This document shows positions 11,900 to 25,049 of a DNA stretch of 64,000 nt, one piece after another. The stretch is from positions 310,001 to 374,000 of the forward strand of contig LSRY02000030.1 in assembly GCA_001643675.2 (NCBI GenBank). The letters are read 5' to 3'. Source of the DNA: Monocercomonoides exilis PA203 (lineage: Eukaryota > Protista > Preaxostyla). The notes under the pieces are model-generated. The model saw only the letters and a program-made list of their open reading frames with translations. It was not told where the DNA came from and made no database searches. The stretch's first letter is position 1, and every line of letters begins with the position of its first letter. A program made the translations under genes and the position numbers.

Positions 11900-14800
11900 T
11901 CAAGCTCTGTCAAATTCCTTTAAAACATTGTCAATATCGAGTGATGAAATATCCACATCGTAAGAAAAATCATCATCTTCGCTCAATATTTTCTCAATGT
12001 CAGTATCAATAATTTTTTCACTTTCATTTTCCATCAATTCTTGATTTCTAACAGATGATGCTTCTTCAGATGATTCATTCTTTATTTTCTTTAATTCCTC
12101 TTCATCGCTTCTGTTCCGCTTTGCCCGCACCGATTTGGTTCCATCAGCCGATTTCTTAGCTTTCTTCTTGTCAGTTGCCGAGCGGTCAAACACTATTAAA
12201 AGCTCGTCTTCGTCTGATTCTTTGTCTGAAAGACTGAAAAATGCATCTTCTTCGTCAACTGCCAACTTATCCTCATTTCTTCCTTTCCTCTGCTGCTTTT
12301 TTTGAAGGCGCCCTTTTATTGATTTATTCGCTTTGTTGTTTTCTTTTACTTTTTCTTTTTCTTCTTTTTCTTTTTCTTCCTCTTCATCATCTTCTTCTTC
12401 CTCTTCCTCTTCCTCGTCTTCGTCTGTGTCAATCCATCCATCTTCATCCTCATCATTATTATCCATGTTATCATCATCTTCTTCTTCATCTTCATCAACA
12501 TCAACATCTTTTCTGTTTAAATCATCATCTTCTTCTTCTTCTTCTTCGAATTCACTTCCGTTCTTCGCTAGTTTTTCAATCTTTTCCCATTTTTTAGTCT
12601 CTTTTTTATCTTCTTCTCTTCCATTTGTCTTTGAACACAGCTCATTTCGCTTTTTCTTTTCTTCTGTTAAATTGTCCTTGATATTCATTCCTTCATCGTC
12701 TTCTGCTTCATCTAAGGGCCCATGATACACCACCTTCACCACATCTTTGGAATCCGTAGCACTTTTTTTGGTTTTCTGCCTTTTTTCTCCTTTATTTTCG
12801 TTTTGCTCTCCAACACGTGAATTTTTCATCGTTTTCTTTGAAGTTCCTTCTTTGATCATATTGTTATTGCTATTATTTGTATTATTATTGTCAACTTTAT
12901 TCTTATTGCTAATTACGCTGCTGATTCCATTATCCAGTTTTCTATCGTCATCATCATCATCATCATCAAAATCTTCTTCTTCATCTTCTCCATCCAAAGA
13001 CCACAAATACTTCTTCTTTCTTGTTTTCTCTCCATTTTTCTCTGTTTTTGCAGTTTTTGCTGCTTTACTCGATTTTTCATCAAACAAGGTCAGCAAATCA
13101 TCTTTTTCTTCTTTCTCCTCTTTCTCCTCCTTTCCCTTCTTCTCCTCCTCTCCATCCTCTCCATCTCCATCTTTTTCTTCTTTTCCTTCTTTTTCTTTTT
13201 CTTCTTCTCTTCCTTCTCCTCCTCCTTCGCTGCTCAAAAACGAGTTCGCAGAGCTTTTTCGGAGCGACCACAGAATGGACTCGAAGTAAGATAACGAGAG
13301 AACCTCACGGAAGATGACAGAGGCAGGGCGCGAAGAGCGAAATAGCTCAGCTTGGCAGCGGGAGAAATAAACAAGGCAGAGAAGAAAGAACTGCTGGGAA
13401 CGCTGGGAGAGCTGGGAGATGGAGGAAGAGGAGAAGGAGAACGGAAGAAGAAGAGGAGGAGAAGGAGAGGAAGAAGAAGGAGAGGAAGAAGAAGGAGAGG
13501 AAGAAGAAGAAAAAGATGATGATGATGATGGAAGTGATTGTGAAGTGGGTTGTGTTGAAGAATTGATGGAATCTTTGGCAGTAGAAATGCTGCTTTCAGA
13601 TTCCTTTGTTTTGACATCATCGCAACTTTCTTGTTCATTTTCACCGTTTTCTTCATCTTTTTCTTTATTTTTGAATTTCCTTTGTTTTTCTCTTTGCATC
13701 TTTCTCCATTTCTTTTCAGCTTTTTCGTCTTCTTCCTCATCAGATTCAAGAATCAACTCTTCTTCTTTCAGAATTGTATCCAGAAGTTTGATAGACTCAG
13801 CAACAAGAGGAGAAGACAGAACAGAAGGAGAAGAAAGACTGCGATGGCTCCAACACAATTTGGATGAAGGAGAAGAAGAAGGAGGAGGAGGATGAGGAGG
13901 AGAAGGAGAAGATGGAAAAGACAATGAAGTTTCAAATTGATTTGTTTGGTTTGCCTGTTTTCCTTTCATTTCCATCTCAGAATTCGAGTTAAGTGCTGCT
14001 AAATTGCTTGTTTTGTGATCAAAAATCTCTCCTTTTCGCATTTTTTCTTCAATTTCTTGTTTTCTTTTTTTCTCTTCTTCTCTTCTTTGCTCAAGACGCT
14101 GTGTCCGAATCTCTCTTTGAAAGGCTTCTGCTTCAAAGACAGCAAGCAACACATCAATCAGCCCATTCAAAGAAGGAGGAGAAGAAAAAGAAAAAGAAGG
14201 ATTATTAGAAGAAGAAGAAGAAAAAGAAGGAAAAGAAGAAGAAGAAGAAGGAAGAGAAGAAGGAAGAGAAGAGGAAGAAGATGAAATTAATGAAGATATT
14301 TCCGAGTTACCAGAAGATGAAGTGTTTGAATCCAGCAAAGTTGGAGAAGAATCTCTATTCGAAGCATCTATTTCCTTCTTTTTCTTTTCTTTCTTCTCTT
14401 CTCTTCTCTTTTTGTGTTTTTTATTTCTTTCGTTCGATAAATTTGATGAATGTTTGCTTTGTTTTCCCCACAACAACATCGTTTGGCACTTTGTTTTCTT
14501 CGTCTCATTGTTCAATTCTTCCATTTCTTCTCTTTCTCCTTCTCCTTTTTCTTCTCTTTCTTTTCCTTCTTCTTTTCTTTCTTCTTCTTCTTCTTTCTGC
14601 CTCAGCCGTTCCAAAGCCCTTAGTTCAGCTCTTTCTTTCCATCTCACAAATCGCCAAGCATTTTCCTCTTCGATTTTCCTCTTCTCCTCTTTCAGCTTCA
14701 TCTTCTTCTCCTTCTCTTCCTCTGTGTCGTTCTCTGAAATCTCATCATCTGCATTCAAAATGGCTTCTTCTGCTTTTTTCTCTTCGCTCGCTTCGTCTGA

Positions 14801-17800
14801 ATTGCTGCTGTCGCTATCACTTCCGCTATCACTTTCACTTTCGCTGCTACTGTCATTGCTATCACTGTTATTATCGATCTCTTTCTCTTTCTCTTTCTCT
14901 TTATCTTTATCTTTATCTTTATCTGTGTTATTATCTTTCTCTTTCTCCTTTTCTTCATTCTTCTCGCAATTCTTGTTCGATAACTCATCATCAGAACTTT
15001 CTTCATTCAATTTCTTCCCTTCCTTCTTTTTGTCAGATTTCTTCTTCTTCTTCTCCTTCTTCTCATCTTTTTTCTCCCTCTCCTTCTCCTTCTCCTTCTC
15101 TTCCTTCTTCTTTTTTTTTTTCTTTTTCTCGTTTTCTTCCTTCTCATTCGCTTTCGCCTTCTTCTTTGTTGTTATTCTGTTTTTGTTGTGTGTTATGAGC
15201 GTCTGGAAGAAGGCGGAGATTTCAGAGAGAAGAACAGATTGATGCGGATATCGCACAAAAAGCACAAGAAGAGCAGAAATGAGAGTGTGGTTGGTGAATG
15301 AAGGGGGATATGAGGAAGAAGAAGAAGAAGAAGAATTAGATTTGTCATTTGAAGTGTTTTGATTTTTTTGATCAGAAATATTGCTGTCATCGTTTTCTTT
15401 GTTGTTCTTTTCTTTCAATTTGCCTTCTTCTTCTTCTTCTTCTTCAGAAGACGATGAAGGAGAAGAAGAAGACGAATCAAAAGAAGAAAGAGAAGCAGAA
15501 GAAGAGCAAGACGATGATGAAGCTGATGAAAAATCTGAATCAAATTCGTTCTCTTCTTCTTCTTCTTCTTCATTTTCTTCATCTGAATCGCTTTCATCTC
15601 TCAATTTTCTTCTTTTCCCCTTCTCATTATGCCAATTGTAATGCCGACGAGCATGTTTTGATCTTCTTATTTTAACTTTCACATATGAATTATATGCAGT
15701 TGTAAACACTGTGTCAATCTCATCATCATCAAATATACGGACAAGTGACTCGAGAAAACGCACAACTTTTCAAAATAACAATATGGAAAAAAATTCATAT
15801 TGAATGATTATTTAAAGGAGATTCAAATGATTTCATTGTCATTTGAAGAGGGTTATTCAAATTAGACATTCAAATATAAAATATAAAAAAGAAAGAAAAA
15901 AAGAAAAGAAAAGAAAAAGAATATTTAATAATAAATGAATACTAATAATAATAATGATAATGATAACAAACTTTGCTGCTTCAACAAAACGAACTGCCGA
16001 TTCTTCTGTGTGTGAAAGCTCTCATTCGAAAGCTGGGTGATGATGTAATTCTTCGTTATTCCCTCTTTGAAACATTTTGAATTGTTAACAACTTTGTTTT
16101 TGGCGCTTATATTTTCACTGTTTCTGTCATTTATCTTCTTTGTTGATAAATTATCATCGCTTTCACCTTCTTTCTCTTCTTTCTCTTTCTCTTTCTCTTT
16201 CTCTTTCTCTTTCTCCCTTTCTTCTCTTTCTTCTCTTTCTTCTCTTTCTTCTTCTTCTTCTTCTCCCACAAGAATCCAAGGGATCAGCATTGGCAGTCTG
16301 TGTAGCACATTGTTCTTCAGAAAGCGATACAAAGTGAAAGTGCTCAAATCATCTGCCATCGAATTAAGCGACGGAATCTTCTGCTTCTTCTTCTTCTCTT
16401 TCTCTTTCTCTTTTTCCTTCTCTTTTTGATTTTGACTCAAATTTCTCTTCAAATTTGATTTCAATCGATCTTTTCCTCCCTTTTGCCCCATCGAAAGCAG
16501 CGAAGATTTTTCTCCTCCTCCTCCTCCTCCACTGCCGAATGAAAACCCTGTCTTCTTCTTCGCATACGCCTGTTTGACTTTGCCCAGAAAGGAAAGCGAC
16601 TGCGGCTCTGTGTCCCATTCAGACTCGTCTTCCTCAGCTTCTTCGGCTTCTTTCCGTTCGCGCTCTTCTTGTTGTGCCTTCTGCTCGTTGTGGATGATGT
16701 CACAGAGGAACGTGAGGATGCTGAGAGAAGGGAGGAAGGAGGGGGGGATCGATGGAAGTGGAGAAGAAGAAGAAGAGGAGGAGGAGGAGGAGGAGGAGGA
16801 GGGAGAAGAAGAAGATGATGATGATGATGAAGGAAATGAAATAGAAGATGATTGTAATTGTGATATTGATGAAGATGAACGCGAAGGTGAAGATGACTTG
16901 TGGGGTGATGGAGTGATGGATGATGGTGTGTCAAAAGAAGCAGATTGTGAAGTGGAGGGAGATATCGGTTTTATATTTAGCTCTAGTAAATCCTGTTTTT
17001 TCTTTGATTTTCTCTGTTTATGAGAGGAAGATGCGTTTGGAAAGCACAATTTGAAGAACACGGACGAAGCCTTTGGAGCAGTCGACTGAGGGGGAAGCGA
17101 GTCAAACGCAGAGAAATAGGCAGAGGTGGTTGAAGGAGGCCGCAGGGCAGGGTCTGAGTTGAAGAGAGAGACGATGGTTGTGGGCGAAGGGATGGCAGCA
17201 GTCGATGAGAGGAAGTCGGGGCTTGTGCCTGACGGAAACAGGGACTTTCCCTGTGTGCTGCTGTCGGCAAATGGTGAGCCCCAGTCCGGAAGCAGCTTTG
17301 GGGGGACGAAATGCGACAGCAGAGATTTGATGGTGGCTGCGATGTTCCAGCACACATCTGAGATTGCAGATCCCTTCATTTCGAGAAGGTACTGAGACAG
17401 AACAGCAGAAGCCTCGCAAAACTCCTCAAGTCCGCGCGGGCCGTCATTTTCAAAAACTGTCGAGAATATTTCATCCATTAATTCACAGAATGGAAATGAA
17501 ATGAAATGTTGCAAAGTTTTTTCTATAAGCTTTTCTTCTTCGAACTTGTTCATAAACTGGATAAAAAATGAAATAAGCACATTTTTAGTTGTAAAAAAAA
17601 AATTCAAAAAGACATACATATTTTTGATTTGATTCAAATGAAGAAATAATAACTTTTTTTGCATTGGTTAACACAATTGGTTTTAGTGGCTCAGTTGAAA
17701 GTAAATGTTCGCATATTTCTGAAATAAATCGTTCACTTCCAACAAGAATTCGGAAAGTCATTGATTTTGATGATAATATTTCTGAAATAAGAAACGGATA

Positions 17801-18102
17801 ACGATATTTCTTTTCATTCTGTTCTTCGTTATTTGAATTGAAAAGCAAAGATAACATTTTGTTTGTTGTCTCTGCATTTGATAGACTATAAAATTAGTCA
17901 TTAAATCATAAAGCTTTCATTTAACATTTTTAATAATAATTACAAGTACATCATACAAATCCAACAATTTATCATTCTTTAAATGAAATTGTTCTAAAAA
18001 AGTATCTTCATTCAACAATTCTTCAAGGGTAGCACCAGAATCAATCAATGTTGATATCGGAGGCGTGGTGGTCGCAATTCTTTGAGAAATAATGTTCCAC
18101 AT
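11900..18102 (-). CDS. SIT4-associated / PP6 regulatory subunit (SAPS family)-like protein, 4 exons, ~1954 aa with large low-complexity insertions
   Basis: Exons 18102-17957, 17885-17618, 17556-15972, 15765-11900 join in frame via GT-AG introns (5865 nt). N-terminus has ISTLIDSGATLEELLNEDTFLEQFHLKNDKLLDFL and KYRYPFLISEILSS, typical of the SAPS N-terminal region. The remainder is dominated by poly-E/K/S/D tracts. Confidence 0.75.
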
Positions 18103-18430
18103 ACCCCGTTAAAAATTATCTTAAATAAAAAAATTAATAATAATGGCAAATAATTGTAAAAACATAGAAATGTTCATCGTTTATGCCATCATCTTAAACT
18201 TTCACAAACATTTGCACAGAATTTTCTTATTTAATGCACAGACATATGAAGTTTAAAAAAAAAAAATATCAGAAAATTTTTTATACTTTTCAATATTGAT
18301 TTTTTATTTGACGAAAGTGCAGCGTCATATAATAATATTCCAATGTAGAAAACTTGCAATAGAAATTGGTACTTTCCCAATAGGTGGACATTACCCTTAA
18401 TAAATATATTTTTCTGTGAAAATCATAAAA

Positions 18431-18826
18431 CAGATATTACAAAATATACCGGACATCGCACAAAATACCGGCCAAGATCGATTTCACAATAGCTGCAAAA
18501 TGAATAATGCTGACAATTTGCCTCAAAACATACCTCGTCAATACAACCTCATTTGAAAAACAAGACTTTCAAAACAGCTTCATTTGTGCTCAAAAAAAAC
18601 TATTTTTATAATTTCGGAAAAATTCAAAATTCAGTTTCTCCGAAATTTTAAAAATTATTTTATAAATATTCAGTCTGCACGGAAATGAAAGTCCGATGTG
18701 CCAAATGAGTTTGTATTGCTAAGATATATTTGGAGGTATATTATCAGATTTTCTCTTTGAGTGGTTATTGAGAAAACGATCTTGTCCGGTATTGTGTGCG
18801 ATGTCCGGTATTTTTTGCAATATCTG
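18431..18826. mobile_element. MITE/foldback element 1 with ~140-bp imperfect terminal inverted repeats (CAG...CTG, followed by TA)
   Basis: Left cagatattacaaaatataccggacatcgcacaaaataccggccaagatcg matches the reverse complement of right cgatcttgtccggtattgtgtgcgatgtccggtattttttgcaatatctg. Similarity continues inward to about 18570/18688 (caatacaacctcatttg vs caaatgagtttgtattg). No coding capacity. Confidence 0.75.
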
Positions 18827-18828
18827 TA

Positions 18829-19256
18829 CATTCAAGCTCGGTCATAATCACAATCCATTTTGCACAATTTTTTGTGATTATAACCGAACTTGATTATAAC
18901 CGAGCCATCTTTTTCATTGAAAAGTTTTTCAGAAAAATTTTTTTGCAGATATAAAAAGAAAATTTTCAATATATTTTTAAATCCACACATTTGAATCGAT
19001 TTTTCAATTTATAATGTTTTAAAGAAAAATATTGTTCATCATAAAGTGGAAAAAAACAACTTTCATTTTTACAAAAATTTCAAAATCGACAGAAAAATAC
19101 TCATATTTTTTAAAAATTTGTGATTATTCGCGATTTTGGTGTGATTATAACCGATGAAATTACACATAAAAAAATGCAAATTTTATCGATGTACGAAAAA
19201 ATGTGATTATTTGCGGTCTTGATTACAACCGAGGTGATTATAACCGAGCTTCACTG
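18829..19256. mobile_element. MITE 2, Tc1/mariner-pogo-like: 23-bp TIRs, TA on both sides, subterminal TGATTATAACCGA repeats
   Basis: TA|cattcaagctcggtcataatcac (18829-18851) and gtgattataaccgagcttcactg|TA (19234-19256) match at 20/23 positions. Internal copies of tgattataaccga lie near 18875, 18890, 19142 and (variant) 19220. Confidence 0.8.
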
Positions 19257-19319
19257 TAATTATGAACTAAAAAATTGTTCATAAACTGCTTAACATATTG
19301 TATATAGCTCTAATTTATA

Positions 19320-19834
19320 CCTCTGTGACCTGACAAATCACTTGAAGCCTCTTCTGTCACAAAAAAAAAAAAAAGAAAGAAAGAAAGAAAGAAAAGAAAG
19401 ATAAGAAAAGAAAAATAAAAAGAAAAAGAAAAAGAAAGTTTTTTAAATAAAAATAAATATTTCATAAACTATTGCTAAAACTTCGAAAGACTTTTCAAAG
19501 CACTATGGAAAAGATTTGTTGATAGCATCTGTAATATCTTGTCGATTTTTCTCTTTTGTCAGTGACTGTCAGTGACTGTCAATGACAAATTGTGACAAAA
19601 ATATTCCTCAACTGACATTACGTGTCAAATAAAATAAATATTGGGAACCTGATCATTTTATTTTTATTTTAATTTTTTTCATAATAATAAGAATTATTTC
19701 ATGAAGATTTTCAAATTAATTATAATAGTAATTAAGAATTATGAAATTGTTATAAATAACCCTTTTTGACAAGTCTTAAATATCTTGTCAGTCATTTTGT
19801 CTTTTTTCAATTTTCTCTTGTCATGTCACAGAGG
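19320..19834. mobile_element. MITE 3 with 17-bp TIRs and many internal TGACA/TGTCA motifs
   Basis: cctctgtgacctgacaa (19320-19336) vs ttgtcatgtcacagagg (19818-19834), a 16/17 inverted match. An 11-bp direct repeat atagctctaat lies at 19304-19314 and 19836-19846. Internal clusters include tgtcagtgactgtcagtgactgtcaatgacaaattgtgaca. Confidence 0.65.
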
Positions 19835-20049
19835 AATAGCTCTAATGATCACTTTGTTAAGTATTTTTTGATGCTTTTCAATTTTGTGATCTTTCAAATG
19901 AATATATCTTAGGGATTGAGTTGATAAAAGTGCAAATGAAGTACAATAATATATGTTAATGTTTATATAAAGCTGTTTCATTAGGTTTATTTAGGTTTTT
20001 AGGGTTTTTATTAAGAAAATAATAACCTAAAAAATAACTATTTAGGGTT

Positions 20050-22353
20050 ATGTCCACCTATTGGGATTGTACCAAGAAATTATTTTTTCTTTCAAATAAA
20101 TATGGTTTTTATTTGATCTTTCTATTTCTTCTCAATCTAAAGATATCGAGCAAATTCAGATGCTCGGAAACAATTGGAATACATATTTGCAAGAATGTTC
20201 TCATGCTCTTGATGCAGTTATGGCAAAAACATTTAAGAATGATTATGCTGGAAGAGTTGTGAAATGGGAAGGAATTGTGAAGAAAGTCAACAATAATTCG
20301 GTGGAAATAATTCTTAGCCAAGAAAAGTCGCTTGAAAGTGAAGCTGATTTGCTTCTTCATGTTCTGTCAAATCGATTGAAAAAGAATAATTCAAATTTTG
20401 TGATTGGCAAAAAATTGAAATTTAAAGCGAAACTCTTATCATATAGTTTGCTTTATAACTTTGTTTTGATAAATATATAAAATTATTCCTTATATTTTTA
20501 TTATATTTTTAGAGGATTCAAAGGCTATTCCATTCAGAGCTGAACTTGCAAGAAAATCTGCACATAATGAGGAATTGGATTTAACATGGGAACAATTTTC
20601 AAATGTTTTTCGAACAGATGAAGAATTGACACCTGAATTTCAATTTGAAAAGCATTGGAAAGGGCATGAACTTTCATGTCGAATGAACGTTTTATCGGTT
20701 TCAGAGAAGACTCATGCAATACATAATCATTATGAAGCAATAATTGCATCAGATACGGCTAATCTGGACAGAAGCAATGATGCAGTTGTTTTGTTGATGC
20801 GTTCGTCAGAAATTGATCACGCGAATTATCTGAGAGAAATTACTGGAAGAAAAGTTGGGCTTATCTGCAGATGTGTCAGAAGAGTTCCTGTTCACATTAT
20901 GCTTTTTGACGATTTTGATGCAAATGAAAAGATTTCTTTTGGCAATTGGATGAAGAAAAAGAAAGAGGAAAAAGAAGAATTAGAGAAAAAAATGCTGTTG
21001 AAAGAGAAAGAAGAAAAGGAGAAGAAGAAAATCGAGGAAGAAAATAAAGCCAAAGAGGAAGCAGAAGAAAGAAAGAGAAAAGAAGAAGCGTTGGAAAAAG
21101 AAAAAGAAGAAATTAAGAGACTTTTGGAAGAAGAGCGGAAAAAAGTGGAGGAGCTGCAACGAACATTGGAGGAAGCGAAAAGGCAACTTGAAGCCAAACA
21201 AAAGGAAGAGGAAGAGAAAAAGAAGAGTGAAGAGGAAGAAAAGAAGAAGATCGAAAAAGAAGAAGAAAAACAAGAAAAACAAGAAGATAAAGATAAATTG
21301 CTGAAAGAGGAAAATAGAATCAATGAAATCGAAGCTGAAACAAAAGACCAAATGCCAAACGATACAAACTCAGAATCACAATTGCCAACACTCAGCAAAT
21401 CTGAATTGTTACCACCATCTCATTCTTCTTTAATCACTTCTTCTTCTTCTTCTTCTTCTTCTCCTTCTCCTTCTTCTTCTTCTTCTCCTTCTCCTTCTTC
21501 TTCTTCTCCTTCTTCTCCTTCTTCTTCTTCTGATTTATCAATCTCAGCCTCAACCTCAACTCCACAAATTACTAACGAAGCATATCGCTCGTCTTCTCCA
21601 TCCTCCTCTCGCAGCTCTTCTCCTTTAACATCGCCTTCTTCTTCTTCTTCTCATTCTCGCCGTTTTTCCTTCGCTGCGCAGCGGATTCAGAGCTACAACT
21701 CTTCTGCAGCTGTTGCCCAGACTGCTGCTGGTGCTTCTGCTGCTGCTAGTCCAACCTCAGCTTCACCGTCTTCACCTTCTTTGCAACGCCACACGTCACA
21801 TGGAACAAACAATGCATTGAGCACAACACCTCACACTGTCTCTCCTTCTGGCTCTCTTTCGCCTTCATCGTCGACTTCTTCTCTGCACGGGCATGCACAG
21901 TCATATCCAATATCTTCAGTGTCTTCATCTTCTATTGCAACTCCTATTTCAGCTTCAGTGCAGTCTTCTTCCTCCTCCTCTTCCTCCTCCTCAAATGCAG
22001 CTTCTTCTTCTTCTTCTCCTCCTGCTACCTTTACCCCGTCGATTGACTACACTGCGCCAGCCAGCTCTGTCTCTGCAATGCGAGAGAAGTTCAACAAGTC
22101 GCAGCAGCCGATTGCACCGTCTCTTCCTCGTTCTTTGTACTCGTCTTCTGGTGGAGCATCATCTCTTTCAACACCCCATTCAACACGCAGACTGTCTGGC
22201 ACGTATTCACCGTACTCTGCATCTACCACACCAAACACACAGCCAGCGGCGGAGAAGAGCGAGAAGACGGCACAGGGCACCATTGACTATGATTGGTCAT
22301 TTAAAGTATCAGAAATACGAAAGAGATTCGAAAAGAATCCTGAACAACAGTAA
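20050..22353 (+). CDS. Hypothetical protein, 3 exons, ~720 aa: two OB-fold-like repeats, E/K coiled coil, Ser-rich region
   Basis: Exons 20050-20068, 20143-20445, 20513-22353 join in frame via GT-AG introns (2163 nt). Repeat 1 is WNTYLQEC..FKNDYAGRVVKWEGIVKKV..GKKLKFKAKL. Repeat 2 is WEQFSNVF..FEKHWKGHELSCRMNVLSV..GRKVGLICRC. The OB-fold assignment is inference. Confidence 0.75.
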
Positions 22354-25049
22354 TTTTAATAGTTCTTTCAAATTTTTATGTTTAAATGATTGTTATAAAT
22401 TTGTCAATTGTTCGATTCATTTGTTTCACTTTTTCAAGAATTATTGCTAATGTTTTCATACAATTTTTTTTCTTTTTTTCTTTATGTTAATGTTTTATAT
22501 CTTTTTTCTGTTAATTTTATTTATTTTAAAAACACTTATTCCAGTGCTTAAAAATCTTTTTTTTTTTTTTTTGTCTCAATTTCGTGTTAAATATTAAATT
22601 GTATAAAGAGGAAAATGATGAGATAATGATAGTTGAGGGTGGAATCCTTTCCAAGCTTTTCCACTATTAATATTGAAGAAAATTGCTACATTTAGGTTAA
22701 TTATAAATGAAAGGCGTCATTGAAATTTGAAAAACAGCATATGATTGTAAGGAATATCAGGCAAACCCCAATATAATTACGTCGAATGTTATCAACATCA
22801 CCAATAGGGTAAAAGGAAACTTTTAGGGTTACAAAATACTTGACAATACACTATATAAAAATGCTTTTTGTTCATAAGCTAACGATCATCATCACTCTTT
22901 GGTGTTAATTTTATGTTATATTTATAATTTATCTTTTTTCGGGTTTTCGTTCTCAAAAACAACTGTCCCCTAATTGAAATTTTTAATAATTTTTTTTGAT
23001 AAATTCATTAAATTACAATAAAAAGACATTTTCAGGTTTTTAAATTTGAATATTATTGCTGTTTTCAATTGTTAGTGTTGAAAATAACTCAATTAAAGCA
23101 TTTTTTTGAAGTTTGAAAAAAGTCTCGTAAAACTTAAGATTTGAATAAAAAAACCATTCGATCATTTTTTGTTTTGATCAATATGTTATTATTAACCTCA
23201 TGTGTCGATAATATCTTGACATTGCATTTTTTAGCTTTTTATTCATTGATTTAACGAAAAAATTAGGAACACCTATAGTGGTTTTTTGTCACAATATCAC
23301 ATCTTCCTGTATAGAAAATGTTTTTTTTTCCCAAAATGTGTTTTAATAAGTCTAAATAAAATAATAAAAATGATGTTATCACTTTCGGAAAATGAGTTTT
23401 GTGAAGAATTTTCTAAAATTGAAAAATTGATCCAAAATCAGATTATTAATAAAACTTCATTTGGGATTATCTATGAATAGTGACATTGAATATTATCTAA
23501 ATCGGATATTGACACAAAAAGTTGTGCAAAATCCAATGTGATTATATCCGTTTTGACATGATATTAACATGAAATATCAGATTTATATCCATCCCAAAAT
23601 TTTTCTGAATTCGATTCTATTCTCTCAATTCAATTAATGAAATCACAGTTATCAGAAATATCTTTGTCTTCTTTTGTTTTTTGTGAATAATCTCCCAAAT
23701 CTTCTTCCACTTCTTGCTCTTTATCAGTTTTATTATATTCGACATCATCTGGTGTGTTGAGAAAAGGGTTATTATTAATTTGCTGGATTTTGTATAATGA
23801 ACAATTTCTGTGTTGAACATTACTCTCCACGCAATCATCTGAAAAGCAGTATGTGAAAATTACAAAAAAGTTCAAATTAATATGCATGAAATTGTTAAAA
23901 TCAGATAATTTCCAACAAATATTTCGGTTTGAGAATTCCTTTTGAATGTTGATAAATGAATTCTGAAAATAAATAACATTTTTTAAAGATAATTACATTT
24001 TTGCAAAAGTTAATCTCAAACATCGTCTTTTGAAACAATTGTCATTCTTTTTTTTCCTAAAAATAAATAATTCCTATCCAATGGAATACAACCTTTTAAA
24101 AAAAACCCAACGAAAAAAATCACGATTTCAAAAATTATAACGCTTCGGTCAATATTAATCAGGTTAAATTAACAAAAAACTTGCAATATTTTATTTTTTT
24201 GTTTTCATATTCTATTCATCATTTGATTGATGAAAATAAATTTTCATTGAAGGGAGGGATCATGAAACAAAAGCATAATTGTGAAAAGAAAAACAAAAAG
24301 AAAAGACAAAAAAGAATGAAAATGAAAAATGATTTTATAAACAGGTTCTTGTTGGAATTATTACAAATGAATCAAATGCAAAATATTTTTATTAGTGGAA
24401 AAAATAAACTTTCAAGCTTTTTATGCATAAAGCACAAAAAAATTGAATCACTCATAACTTTATCAATCATTTTCAAATTTCAAAATAAATCGGTTTTTCC
24501 CGTCTGCAAACAGCCATCACTGATGTTATCACAAAAAGTTTTGTGAAATTCCGTGCATGTCAAAAAATGAACACATTTTTTTTTTTAATTTTTTGTACAC
24601 AAAAAGCTTTTTAATAGTATATAATTTTTCGATGAAAATTCCTGATGTTAGATATTTCTACCCAATAGTATTTTAATTTCGTTATCAACGCTTTTTTTTT
24701 ATTTAATCATTTTGAAATTTTGTCAACATAATTTTTATTGTCAAATAATAAAAAAAAGGAATTTATGAAAAAAACATGAAGAACATAAAAGGACTCAGAA
24801 AATGAAATTGATTTTGATCAAGAAAACTTTTCCATTTATTTTTTGAATTAATCTATGAAAAAGAATTAACTTACTGGAATTAGAAAAATAAATGAAGAGG
24901 AAGATTTCGTATTATTTTTTTTTGTTTTATTCAAGAAAATTCAAGGAAACTCAATGTCAAAAAATGAAAAAAGTCTTTATTTAATATATCATAAAATTTT
25001 TTATATTTCTGATTTTTTTTGAAATCTATATTCATTAAAACATCGATAA

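Noticed and set aside
12241-17419. Poly-S/F and poly-E ORFs opposite or overlapping the SAPS-like gene
   Set aside because: They arise from (TCT/GAA)n low-complexity codons that lack stops in other frames. The same applies within the USP and ARM-like genes.
19981-20049. TTAGGG/TTAGGT-like hexamers (also near 52868-52908)
   Set aside because: Few, degenerate and non-tandem; insufficient for a telomeric or interstitial telomeric call.
22600-24100. Possible decayed transposase or coding fragments on the minus strand (e.g. YPIGDVDNIRRNY; acidic 85-aa ORF)
   Set aside because: No continuous frame, catalytic motif or terminal repeats that I can support by eye.
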